Under the pieces are notes generated by a model, which was not told the DNA's origin, searched no databases, and saw only the letters and a list, made by a program, of their open reading frames with translations. Positions 10,931-22,752 of a stretch of DNA of 64,000 bases are shown here, piece by piece (position 1 is the first letter of the stretch; each line of letters opens with the position of its first letter). The stretch comes from an uncultured Clostridia bacterium (GTDB lineage Bacteria > Bacillota > Clostridia > TANB77 > CAG-508), in the NCBI GenBank assembly GCA_934130085.1, contig CAKOXK010000002.1, positions 4,613 to 68,612 of the forward strand, written 5' to 3'. Both the position numbers and the translations under genes were made by a program.

Positions 10931-12001
10931 TTATTTGATATTCTCAAATATTTCTCTCCATTGTTCATCCCATTTGCTTTCTTTTTTCTCAATATTGTCA
11001 TAATTTTGCTTTTTATATTTTACATCAAATCTAAATAAATCTTCATAACTTGTTTTGCTAAGATCCTTTATGTCAAATACCATTAAGTTATTTTTCTCAT
11101 ATTCTTTCCACATAGATGTATTACTTCTTAAATAGATTTTCTTTCCAATCTTTAACAGTGCATTTATGTTTCCCATTGCCTGTTGTCTATTATTATTAAA
11201 AATTCCGACCGAACATTTTGAAAGTAACTCTAGATAGTCATCATAATTCATAAACTCTGTTATTGGTTCAAATTTATTTTTAAAAATTTCTTTTCCCTTT
11301 TTTATAACCTCATCTTTGTATTTTTCATCACCATAAGAAAGTGGGCAAATAATTTTTAAGTCTTCATCTTTTAGATGCTTTAACATTTCAAAGGCTTCTA
11401 GATGACAATTTTCTTTAGTGGCTGAGTTTCCTACTATTATTGTTTTTTCTGTATTTTCATTGTCAAAGTTTAAATACTTTTTAAATTTTTGCTCTCTTCT
11501 TGGATCTGCAGGCATAACACCAACATAATGTTTAACCTTGTTAGGAAAAATCTTGGATAATTCATCATAATCATTTTCAACAAGGTTAATTATCCCATTA
11601 CATCTTTTAATTATGGAATGTTGCATACTTTTACTTAACTGCATTTTACTTAATTTTTTTACATTTCGATATCCATAAAAATCTGCACCCCAAAACTGAA
11701 GATATGTTTTTCTTAAATATGTATTTTTCCAGAAAAAAATATATTTAGCTATGTCAAAGACTCCTGTTACTATTATCTTGTCGCTTTTTTTAGCCATTTC
11801 TAAAATATCTTTTTTTAATAGTTCATTATCTTTTTTCAAGTGTATAATTTTGCAATCTTTATTTTCGTCCATAAGATCAACATCATATTTACCTGGCCTT
11901 ATTATAAATGTATGATCATATTCAGAAAAATTAAGACCCATGTAATTAATATAACCTGACAAGAATTTATCATTATAAATAATATGCAATACTTTCATCA
12001 A
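10931..12001 (-). CDS. WecF-like TDP-Fuc4NAc:lipid II transferase family (GT56) glycosyltransferase
   Basis: The motif QFWGADFYG matches the WecF HIWGADLYE block. The N-terminal KVLHII..NDKF is also WecF-like. Confidence 0.55.
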   Translation of the reverse strand: MMKVLHIIYNDKFLSGYINYMGLNFSEYDHTFIIRPGKYDVDLMDENKDCKIIHLKKDNELLKKDILEMAKKSDKIIVTGVFDIAKYIFFWKNTYLRKTYLQFWGADFYGYRNVKKLSKMQLSKSMQHSIIKRCNGIINLVENDYDELSKIFPNKVKHYVGVMPADPRREQKFKKYLNFDNENTEKTIIVGNSATKENCHLEAFEMLKHLKDEDLKIICPLSYGDEKYKDEVIKKGKEIFKNKFEPITEFMNYDDYLELLSKCSVGIFNNNRQQAMGNINALLKIGKKIYLRSNTSMWKEYEKNNLMVFDIKDLSKTSYEDLFRFDVKYKKQNYDNIEKKESKWDEQWREIFENIK

Positions 12002-12125
12002 AACTAACCTTAAATTATAATTTAACCTTTCTTTTTTAATGATTTGTAATATTTTTTTATCTAATACACATTGCCTAATATTTCAAGATCCAATATCCAA
12101 TATTCAATATTTAATATTCAATAAT

Positions 12126-12980
12126 CTACTTATAAACAAAAATGTACTTAAACATTCGTAATAAATTTCTTATAGAAAAATGCGTATTAAGTCCCTTGAA
12201 TAAATATTTAATATATTTTTCTTTGTTCTTCTTTTTTAATGCTGCATACGCTATATATACATTTGCGAGTGCCTTTTTGTCATTTTGTAAATCTTCTTGG
12301 TACTTCTTCATTATAATGTTGTACGCATCAATTCCCCTTTTTGGATTTTTAGTTATGCTTTCTTTTTGACAGTATTGTTTAAACAACATTTCATTTAAGT
12401 AATAAATGTTATAGCTTTTTAAAAATCTTAAGGCAAAGTCCCAATCTTGAAATCTTGGCATGCTGTTATCAAACATAACATTTTTTACACATTCACTTTT
12501 CGCAACTATTACAGGCGTAGACACACAATTTTTCTCAAGAACCTCATTAAATGTAAGTAATCTGCTTTTATTTATGTTATCAGGTATAGTTCCTATTATT
12601 TTATTGGTCTCTTCATCAATTTGCGCGGTTTTGCAAATGCACATATCAAAATTTCCGTGTTCTAATATTCCAATTTGTCTCTTAAGCTTGTCTTTCTCCC
12701 ATAGATCATCACTATCTTGAAACGCAATATACTCACCTTTTGCTTTTTCGATTCCATAATTTCTCGCAAAACACGCACCACTATTTTTTTCAAGCTTATA
12801 ATAAGAAACTCTTTCATCTTTTATACTTTTTACAACATCTTCTGTATTATCTTTTGAACAGTCATCAACTATTATTATTTCAATATTTTTATATGATTGC
12901 TGCAATAGACTATCAACTGCTCTTTTTATTGTTTTCTCTCTGTTATATGATGGTATTATTATACTCACCAATTTTTCCAT
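12126..12980 (-). CDS. family 2 glycosyltransferase
   Basis: SIIIPSYNREKTIKRAVDSLLQQSY...IIVDDCSKD GT2 signature. Confidence 0.85.
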   Translation of the reverse strand: MEKLVSIIIPSYNREKTIKRAVDSLLQQSYKNIEIIIVDDCSKDNTEDVVKSIKDERVSYYKLEKNSGACFARNYGIEKAKGEYIAFQDSDDLWEKDKLKRQIGILEHGNFDMCICKTAQIDEETNKIIGTIPDNINKSRLLTFNEVLEKNCVSTPVIVAKSECVKNVMFDNSMPRFQDWDFALRFLKSYNIYYLNEMLFKQYCQKESITKNPKRGIDAYNIIMKKYQEDLQNDKKALANVYIAYAALKKKNKEKYIKYLFKGLNTHFSIRNLLRMFKYIFVYK

Positions 12981-14232
12981 TATTTTTTACCTCTTCTAGT
13001 TCTAGATTGTTATTATCTTCATTATTTAATTCATCGTTAACATTATCATCATTATCATTAAGTGGTTCATTTTCATTCTCATTAACCTTGTTTTCTTGAA
13101 GTAAGTCATCACCTTGTTTATTAATACTATTATTCTTATTGTTAAATATACTTTTATATGGGCACGTTTTATCATTTTGTTGATATCCATAATAAATATA
13201 ATTATATGCTCCAAATATTGTAAGCAATGCTATTGCCGTAATTAACTTTTTTTTATTTGTATCACATATTTCAACCATTTCAGGAATTATTAACAAATAT
13301 AGATATGTAAAATAGTATGATATTCTAATTACAAAGTTAAATTGTGTACTTAAAAGCATTAATATATTTCCAAGTATTACAATAAACACTAAGTATTCAT
13401 TAAATTTATCATGTTTTATCAGTTTTTTATAAAATGTAAGCGACCATATTAATAATAATAAATTAAACAACATGTATGATAGCGAAACATCTACCTTATT
13501 TGAATTTATATAGTAATTATATCTGCTATTTAATACATGAATATCATTTATTAGAAAATTTAGTAATGGCTTATATACTATTAAGAATAAAGCAGATACT
13601 ACAAGTATGATAATCTTACAATACTTGGTATTCTTTTTATCAAATATTCCATATATTAAGTATATTAAAGCTCCAATTATTGCTGTCTTATGGATAAGAA
13701 TTGAAACTAATATTATAGCTATACTCTTCGTGTATTTCTTATTTTTTACATATTTTAGACCATATATAATTAAAAGTATTGATATTGTTTGTCTTACAAG
13801 ATTTAATGATTTGTTAAAATAAAATAATAAAAACACAGCGTAGGTAATTGATAAAGGGGCCTTGTCACTATTATCTTTTGCAATTTTATATGCTAGTAAT
13901 GTTATGATAAAATACAATGCAGTCATAAAAACATTGACATTGGCAAATATTTTTGCACAAACAAAAGTAAATAACATATACAAAGGCTCTATATCATACA
14001 TTTTATAAAACGCAGAAAAGTCAGTAGCATTAACTGCATCATTAAAGGCTGGTTCAATATATAATTTTGTATCTGTTCCAACATCAATAGCTCTCATTCC
14101 TGCAAGTAATGCAGGAATAAATATGGCAAGTATTTTTATAGCCACTGCAATATCTTTGTTCTTCTGTTCTAATTTTTCTGCTAATGCTAAGCAAGCAATT
14201 GAAATTGCAAATACTATATAGTATGTTAACAT
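12943..14232 (-). CDS. EpsG/Wzy-type oligosaccharide repeat-unit polymerase with Asn/Asp/Glu-rich C-terminal tail
   Basis: A multi-TM protein (about 10 helices) resembling the EpsG family. The tail NNKNNSINKQGDD...NDNDDNVNDELNNEDNNN is low complexity. Confidence 0.6.
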   Translation of the reverse strand: MLTYYIVFAISIACLALAEKLEQKNKDIAVAIKILAIFIPALLAGMRAIDVGTDTKLYIEPAFNDAVNATDFSAFYKMYDIEPLYMLFTFVCAKIFANVNVFMTALYFIITLLAYKIAKDNSDKAPLSITYAVFLLFYFNKSLNLVRQTISILLIIYGLKYVKNKKYTKSIAIILVSILIHKTAIIGALIYLIYGIFDKKNTKYCKIIILVVSALFLIVYKPLLNFLINDIHVLNSRYNYYINSNKVDVSLSYMLFNLLLLIWSLTFYKKLIKHDKFNEYLVFIVILGNILMLLSTQFNFVIRISYYFTYLYLLIIPEMVEICDTNKKKLITAIALLTIFGAYNYIYYGYQQNDKTCPYKSIFNNKNNSINKQGDDLLQENKVNENENEPLNDNDDNVNDELNNEDNNNLELEEVKNNGKIGEYNNTII

Positions 14233-14957
14233 TTTTCTTCTTTTCTCCTTGCTTTCTTTCTCTTGTTTAGTTCAAAAATAAATTTAATTCTATTTATGAA
14301 CATCTCGTTTAACCCTGTATGATTTAATCCTGTATTGTTATCTCCATGTCTTCTATAATCAATTAATTCATCCTCAACTAACATGTTTTTTCCATAAATA
14401 TCTGACAAAATACCAATCCATTGATCATGCATATTTATATCATCTGGTATAGGTAATATGATTTCTTTAATCTCTTTCGTGAAAGCCATTGTACATCCAA
14501 CGTAGCAATTTTTTATAATATTATGCAATACTCCTGTTTTTGATTTTCTCCATTTAAATGTAGAATAAGGTTCTATTCTTTCCATTTTATCATTTACAAT
14601 TTTAGCATTGTGCATAACAAGTGTTAGCTCTTTGTCTTTATTAAAATATTTTTTTACTGTTTTCACTTTATTTTCCATCCAAACATCATCTTGGTCAGAT
14701 AGAAAAATAATGTCACCTGTTGTATTTCTTATTGCATTCTCGAAATTTTTCTTTATTCCATTTTTAGGTCCCTGTATTAGTTTTATTCTTTTATCTTCAA
14801 AACTTTTTATTATATTTAAAGTATTGTCATTTGAACCATCATCTGAAATTACTAGTTCATCATTTTCAGATAAGTTTTGTAGAATAGATGAAATCTGTTC
14901 ATTTATATATTTTTGTCCATTATATGTTGCCATTGCAACACTAATTTTGTTTTCCAA
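14226..14957 (-). CDS. family 2 glycosyltransferase
   Basis: SVAMATYNGQKYINEQISSIL...ISDDGSND signature. Confidence 0.8.
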   Translation of the reverse strand: MENKISVAMATYNGQKYINEQISSILQNLSENDELVISDDGSNDNTLNIIKSFEDKRIKLIQGPKNGIKKNFENAIRNTTGDIIFLSDQDDVWMENKVKTVKKYFNKDKELTLVMHNAKIVNDKMERIEPYSTFKWRKSKTGVLHNIIKNCYVGCTMAFTKEIKEIILPIPDDINMHDQWIGILSDIYGKNMLVEDELIDYRRHGDNNTGLNHTGLNEMFINRIKFIFELNKRKKARRKEEKC

Positions 14958-15798
14958 TTTTCTTTCCTACTTTCATACCAATATATCTTGAACACATATC
15001 GGGAAAAAATTTTAATATTACTAAGAAATTTCTATCTTTTAAAGCTTCCTTCATAATAAACTTTGCAAGGGATGAACCAGCTTTAGTTGATTTTATATTT
15101 AACTCTGGTTCCATTTTTAGAAATTCTCCGTACGCTTTATATCTATTAAATGTTTGTCTTAAAGTAAATTTATGTGAATGTATTACCTCAGACTCAGCTA
15201 CGTATTTTATTCTATATCCATTGTTTAAAAGCTTATACGCAATGTACATATCTTCATTTGTAGGGAAATTCTTATTATCATAGCCATTTAACTTTACAAA
15301 TACATTCCTTTTTATACATGATGATGCATCTGAAAAAAAGAAAGCATTCATTCCTAAGTCCTTTATATCATTTTTTGTTTTTAGCTTTGATATATTCGGA
15401 TAATTCTTTTGCCTTGTATAATATTCTATTGATGTTTTATCTTTGCAAATTTGTCTACTGTATGTTGCATCAGCTTCATTTTTTTCTATTGGTTTTATTA
15501 ATTCAAACAACCAATTATCTTTTTCAATTTTAATATCTTGTGTGATAAAAACAACTAGATCAGCTTCTGATTTAAAAGCTTCTTCTTCTCTTATTAAGCT
15601 ATGTGAGAATTCTTCCTTGCCTATAATTCTAAATTTACATTTTAATTTTTTTAGTTCATTCTCTATTCCATCTTCTGTATTTGTTACAATATATCTAATA
15701 CTTAGAATACTTACATCTTTTTGCATTTCTAAGGACTTTTGTAAATTCCTTATATATTTTTTTGCATTATACAAAGGACATATTATATCTACTGTCAT
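14941..15798 (-). CDS. glycosyltransferase (GT2-like)
   Basis: N-terminal DIICPLYNAKKYI resembles GT2; 285 aa; overlaps its neighbours. Confidence 0.6.
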   Translation of the reverse strand: MTVDIICPLYNAKKYIRNLQKSLEMQKDVSILSIRYIVTNTEDGIENELKKLKCKFRIIGKEEFSHSLIREEEAFKSEADLVVFITQDIKIEKDNWLFELIKPIEKNEADATYSRQICKDKTSIEYYTRQKNYPNISKLKTKNDIKDLGMNAFFFSDASSCIKRNVFVKLNGYDNKNFPTNEDMYIAYKLLNNGYRIKYVAESEVIHSHKFTLRQTFNRYKAYGEFLKMEPELNIKSTKAGSSLAKFIMKEALKDRNFLVILKFFPDMCSRYIGMKVGKKIGKQN

Positions 15799-15823
15799 AT
15801 TATCTCCATCTCAAGTTTTATTT

Positions 15824-16546
15824 CTATTTGGCACCATCTTTGTTAATTACAACTGTAAATGTTTTAAAGAATATTTTTAAGTCTAGAAGTAATGATTGAT
15901 GTTCTACATAATAAAGCTCCATCTCTTTTCTCTCTTCATAAGTTGTATTGCTTCTGCCATTTACTTGCCAATACCCTGTTAAACCAGGAGTTACACTTAA
16001 AAACTTCTCTTTATCGTTTCCGTAAACGTCTATCTCTCCATCAACTATAGGCCTTGGGCCTATAAGAGTCATTGTTCCATTAAGCAAATTTATCACTTGA
16101 GGTACTTCATCAAGTGAAGTTTCTCTAAGGACTTTCCCCGTTTTAGTTATTCTTGGATCATGTTCTAGTTTTCTATATTTTATAAATTCTTCTTTTTCTT
16201 TTGGATGTTCTTTTAAATACTCCTTGAGTTTTTCATCTGCGCCTACACACATTGATCTATATTTATATATGTAAAAATATCTTCCGTTCTTTCCTATTCT
16301 TTTTTGTTTATAAAATATTGGTCCTTTTTCTTTATTTATAATTTTAAATATCTTAACAATTATGGTCATTGGAACCAATATAATTATTCCAACAAGCCCA
16401 ATTATAATATCTATTAATCTTTTGAAAGTATGATAAACTATGTGTTTTTTTGTTTTTTCGTTAGTAGTTTTTTCGTTTTCTTTTATTATTATTTCTTTAT
16501 TGCTTTTTGGTTTGCTTAATTTCTCTACTTTTTGTTTCACAGCCAT
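15824..16546 (-). CDS. initiating undecaprenyl-phosphate sugar phosphotransferase (bacterial sugar transferase family, WbaP/CpsE C-terminal domain type)
   Basis: KRLIDIIIGLVGIIILVPMTIIV...GPIFYKQKRIGKNGRYFYIYKYRSM...DELPQ is the PF02397-type signature. Confidence 0.85.
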   Translation of the reverse strand: MAVKQKVEKLSKPKSNKEIIIKENEKTTNEKTKKHIVYHTFKRLIDIIIGLVGIIILVPMTIIVKIFKIINKEKGPIFYKQKRIGKNGRYFYIYKYRSMCVGADEKLKEYLKEHPKEKEEFIKYRKLEHDPRITKTGKVLRETSLDEVPQVINLLNGTMTLIGPRPIVDGEIDVYGNDKEKFLSVTPGLTGYWQVNGRSNTTYEERKEMELYYVEHQSLLLDLKIFFKTFTVVINKDGAK

Positions 16547-16562
16547 TCTACTAACTCCCTTC

Positions 16563-17624
16563 TTAATTTTTGTATCCCGTTTTAGCTACAATTTTATCAC
16601 TTATTTCTTTTATTTCATTAGGCAATACGTAATCTTCATTTTCAAAAAGTTCTTTATGCAATTTTATTACATTGCTCTCTAGTGTAACTGGTATTCCATA
16701 CCATCTATCTGTTGTTATTCCTTTTGTTTGATATGGCCATCCAATACTAGTTTCAAAATTTACTTTCATCAAGTTTGGAATCAAACTTATTATTTCATTT
16801 TTTTCTATATTTGTGCTTACTCTTGGAAGTATTTTATTAGCTACATCTATTAATTTTGTAACTCCTAAAGTTTTTGCTTTATAAACCATTGCTTCAACAA
16901 CAGTTCTCATTCTTTCTGCTCTTTTATAATCTCCACCTGCTGTATAACGAATACGTGAATACGCAACTGCCTGAACTCCATTTAAAGTTTGTTTTCCCGC
17001 ACTTGCTACTTTTTTATTGCTACCACCTGAACTTTTAGCTGTTGCATCAATGTAATCATTTAGATATTTTAATTCGTCAGATGTTACATTTATAGTTACT
17101 CCACCAATTGCGTCAACTGCTGCAATTACTGCATCAAAATTAACAGTTAAATACTCTTTTATATTTAAATCTAAGTTCGTATTCAATGCTAATAATGTAT
17201 TTTGTGCGCCACCATACGAATAAGCATGAGTAATTTTATCAAGCTTGGTTTGTCCTTTTTCTTCTAATTGTAAATATGTATCTCTGTATACTGAAAATAA
17301 CTTAACATCATTTGTTTTTTTATTAAAACTTGCAATAATTATGCAATCAGATCTATTTCCTAATCCATAATCATCTGCTCTAGAGTCAATTCCTAGTAAC
17401 GCAATATTTCTATAGTCACTCAAATCCTTCTCGGTCTGCTCATCAATTCCTATTGAATTTTGGTCTATTGTTTCTTTCTTCATTTCTCCTAACATATTAT
17501 TAAAATATGTCCATCCGCCAGCAACTACTGCTCCTACCATAACAATTAACACAATTAATATTATTGATATAACCCTAATTGCTTTCTGAATTCCAGTCAT
17601 TTTCTTTTTATTTTTTTTAGCCAT
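16563..17624 (-). CDS. LytR-CpsA-Psr (LCP) family glycopolymer transferase
   Basis: A single N-terminal TM segment followed by ...NIALLGIDSRADDYGLGNRSDCIIIASFN...SVYRDTY. Confidence 0.8.
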   Translation of the reverse strand: MAKKNKKKMTGIQKAIRVISIILIVLIVMVGAVVAGGWTYFNNMLGEMKKETIDQNSIGIDEQTEKDLSDYRNIALLGIDSRADDYGLGNRSDCIIIASFNKKTNDVKLFSVYRDTYLQLEEKGQTKLDKITHAYSYGGAQNTLLALNTNLDLNIKEYLTVNFDAVIAAVDAIGGVTINVTSDELKYLNDYIDATAKSSGGSNKKVASAGKQTLNGVQAVAYSRIRYTAGGDYKRAERMRTVVEAMVYKAKTLGVTKLIDVANKILPRVSTNIEKNEIISLIPNLMKVNFETSIGWPYQTKGITTDRWYGIPVTLESNVIKLHKELFENEDYVLPNEIKEISDKIVAKTGYKN

Positions 17625-17821
17625 CGTTTACCTCTTTTATGCCTTTATATATTTTTAATTTATAATTCAAAATTTAAAATTTCAATTTAACTTTTGTGTT
17701 TTTTTATTTTTTCATTTTATTTTTACTTTGCCTTTTTTATTTACTTTTTTTTAATTTAGATTTTTTACAATTTTTCATTCTGTTTTTATTTTTGAAGTTT
17801 TTTGTATCTTTTTGTTACTTT

Positions 17822-19180
17822 TTATTTTCCTACTCCTGTTTTCTCAATGATTTTATCGCTTATCTCTTTTACGCTATCAGGAACAACGTAGTTTGATTGA
17901 TTAAATACCTCTTTATGCAATTTTTCAACATTTGTTTCAAGTGTTTTGGCTGGTCCATAAAAATCATTATTAATTGTAACTCCTACAGTTTCATAAGGCC
18001 AACCAAATGATTCCTTTAAATTTAATGATAATGCTTTTGGTATAAGAGCTGTAATATCTCCTTGAGTTAAGTTTGTTTCTACTTTTGGAAGCATATTATT
18101 TAATAATTCATTAATTTGAGAAACGTTCATTTTCTTGATTTTATCTACAACTTTTTCAAGAACGGTTCTCATTCTTTCAGTTCTTTTATAATCTTTTCCA
18201 TCATATCTTATTCTGCAATAAGCAACTGCTTGAATACCATCTAAATTTTGGATTCCTGGTGTTGTTAAATGTTTTGTTTTTCCATCTGTAACTTTTGATA
18301 CATCATCTATATAATTATTAATGTATTTAAGTTCATTTGATGTAATATTTATACTAACTCCATTAACCTCATTTACTAAATCTCTTACAGCATTAAAATC
18401 CACAGTTGCATATTGAGTAATGTTTAAATCTAGATTTTCGTTTATTGTTTTAAGAGTATTTTGCACGCCATCATAATAAGCTTGATTGATTTTGTTTAAT
18501 ATTGTTTTTTCATCTAAGTCCATTTGTACATAAGTATCTCTGTAAATTGACCAAAGAGTGACATCATTAGTTGTATTATTAATACTAGCTATCATTATGC
18601 AATCTGTTCTATAGTCTGTATCATAAGTATCATATCTTGAATCTAAACCAAGTAATGCAATATTGGTATAATCTTTCATTTCATCTTTAGTTGTATCTGA
18701 TATTCCTACACTATTCTTATCTATCTCTTTGTAATTCATTTTTGAAAGTTTACTTTTTAAAAAGCCCATTCCAGCACATCCAGCTGCAATTATAATTACT
18801 ATAATTATGATTATAATAATTCCAATCACCTTTAATGCTTTATGCTTTGGTCTTGTATAATCTTCATACTTTAAGCCATACTTGTTTTTTCTTTTTTTAG
18901 TAAGCCTCTCTGTATCAATGTCTTTTTCACAATCACTTTCTAGTTTTTTCTCAGACACTTTTTCTTTATAGTTATTATCTCTTTTATAATTGTCATCATG
19001 ATGAATACTTTGCTCTTCTATTACTGAATAAGCTCTTTTTTTATAAGCTATTCTTTTATTTTCTATATTATCGTTTTCATCATCAATTTTTAACTTATAT
19101 TTATCTTCTCTTTCTCTATTTATTTTATTTTTTTTATCTTTTATATCATCATTATTATCTTTATATCTTTTTCCTGACAT
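17822..19180 (-). CDS. LCP family protein with a cytoplasmic K/D/E/N-rich N-terminal extension of about 120 aa
   Basis: The LCP core (NIALLGLDSR...DCIMIASINN...SIYRDTY) lies after a poly-Ile TM segment. Confidence 0.8.
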   Translation of the reverse strand: MSGKRYKDNNDDIKDKKNKINREREDKYKLKIDDENDNIENKRIAYKKRAYSVIEEQSIHHDDNYKRDNNYKEKVSEKKLESDCEKDIDTERLTKKRKNKYGLKYEDYTRPKHKALKVIGIIIIIIIVIIIAAGCAGMGFLKSKLSKMNYKEIDKNSVGISDTTKDEMKDYTNIALLGLDSRYDTYDTDYRTDCIMIASINNTTNDVTLWSIYRDTYVQMDLDEKTILNKINQAYYDGVQNTLKTINENLDLNITQYATVDFNAVRDLVNEVNGVSINITSNELKYINNYIDDVSKVTDGKTKHLTTPGIQNLDGIQAVAYCRIRYDGKDYKRTERMRTVLEKVVDKIKKMNVSQINELLNNMLPKVETNLTQGDITALIPKALSLNLKESFGWPYETVGVTINNDFYGPAKTLETNVEKLHKEVFNQSNYVVPDSVKEISDKIIEKTGVGK

Positions 19181-19212
19181 TATTGTTACTCCATACGTAA
19201 ATTTTAGCTAAT

Positions 19213-19239
19213 TTTATAACATATTAACCCTTTTGTAAA
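19213..19239 (-). promoter_or_regulatory. candidate sigma-A promoter for the polysaccharide operon (TTTACA-N15-TGtTATAAA extended -10)
   Basis: Sequence match on the minus strand upstream of the LCP gene at 19180. Confidence 0.3.
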
Positions 19240-19359
19240 GACATTCTAATAAAACAAAATAAGTTTTAATTACTAGAATGCATTTAACTTTCTGGTTTGA
19301 CAAAGTTTTAATTCCATAAAAAATTATAAAAGAATTTAGTCACAAATTTATTATACAAA

Positions 19360-19497
19360 ACAGGACTTAATATCATATTGTTTAAAACGACGCGTTAGCA
19401 ACCAAGCGAAGCGCAAATGTTTCTTTCTTCCGAAAGTTAATTTTGACGAAGAAAGAAATGAACAAGTCATTGAAAAAATTTATGATATTAAATCCTG
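19360..19497. repeat. copy 1 of a ~140-bp palindromic repeat element (outer ~31-bp inverted arms, GC-rich core GCGTTAGCAACCAAGCGAAGCGCAA, inner 11-bp hairpin with AGTTAATTTTGAC loop)
   Basis: Direct comparison with 28439-28576 and 46494-46635. Confidence 0.85.
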
Positions 19498-19530
19498 TTC
19501 TGTACAAATCAAATTAATTTTTTCTCTATA

Positions 19531-19566
19531 CAAAAAAAGAGCTTTAATTTTTACATTAAAACTCTT
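19531..19566 (-). terminator. Rho-independent terminator of the dnaK operon
   Basis: A 13-bp stem (AAAGAGCTTTAAT/ATTAAAACTCTTT, 1 mismatch) followed on the minus strand by a 7-U run. Confidence 0.55.
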
Positions 19567-19596
19567 TTAAATATTTAACTTTTTTACCCAAATATT

Positions 19597-20777
19597 TTAA
19601 CCAAATATTCCTTTTTTCTTAATCGGAGGTTGCTCATTCATTGTTTTAGCAAGCTCTACAAACAATTCTCTTTGCTCTTTCGTCAAGCGTTTTGGTGTCT
19701 GAACTTGTACAGTAAATACAAGATCTCCATAAGAATTGTAGTTAAGTTTTTTGAAGCCTTCTCCTTTTAGTGTAAATCTGGTTCCTGTTTGTGTTCCTTC
19801 TGGTATTTGGAAATTTACACTTTCTCCTGTAACTTTTGGAACTTCAATGTTAGCACCCAAGGTAGCTTGAGTTATTGTGATTGGAATTGTACATTCTACA
19901 TCGTTTTCATTTCTTGTAAAAATTTTGCTTTCTTTTACTTTTATATCAATGTAAATGTCTCCATTTTCACCGCCATTTTTACCTGGCTCACCTTTACCTT
20001 GCAATCTTAATGTTTGGCCATCTTGAATTCCTGCTGGAATTTGTACTTTTATTGTTATATTCTTTCTAATTGTACCTTTTCCATAACAATCATTACATGG
20101 ATCTTCTATTACTTTTCCAGTTCCTCTACAATGATCGCAAGTTCCGGTTGTCTGAATTGCAAATCCCCCAAGCGATTGCGTCTTTCTTACTTGACCAGTT
20201 CCGTGGCACACACTACATGTTTCAATTTTAGTTCCTGGTTTTGCACCTGAACCATTACATGTACTACATATTACGTTTTTTGATATAGTAAATTCTTTTT
20301 CGCATCCTGTAAACGACTCTTCAAATGATATTGTCATATTAGTTTTTAGGTCATTGCCTTTTTGAGGGCTATTAGGAGATCTTCTAGTTGTTCTTCTAGT
20401 TGCTCCTCCAAATATAGATGAAACAAAATCATCCACTACATCATCAAATCCACCAAAACCTGATGTTTGATATGTGTATGTACCATTTCCAAACCCTCCA
20501 AAACCGGAGCCGAAACCACCGAAGCCTGAGCCTGAAGCTCCATATCCGGCTTGCGATGGATCTGCTGTTCCGAATTGATCATACATTTTTCTTTTATTTT
20601 CATCAGATAATACAGAGTAAGCTTCTCCAAGTTCTTTGAACTTTTCTTCCGCTTCTTTTCTGTTATCAGGGTTTGCATCAGGGTGCCATTTTTTTGCTAG
20701 CTTTCTGTATGCTTTTTTTATTTCATCTTCTGATGCATTTTTGTCAACCCCTAATACCTCATAGTAGTTTTTTGCCA

Positions 20778-20778
<1 letters not shown>
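19597..20778 (-). CDS. dnaJ: molecular chaperone DnaJ
   Basis: J-domain (YYEVLGV...[14 protein letters not shown]), G/F region and four CxxCxGxG zinc-finger repeats. Confidence 0.95.
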
Positions 20779-22685
<1,907 letters not shown>

Positions 22686-22752
22686 TTATTTTTTATTATA
22701 ATCTTTTCCTTTTGTTGTTGTTTCTTACTTTGCCTTTTCATTTTTGCTATAT

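Noticed and set aside
19296-19330. TTGACA…TATAAA promoter-like hexamers on the + strand upstream of repeat copy 1
   Set aside because: The spacing is wrong (22 nt) and it would drive antisense transcription into the dnaJ terminator.
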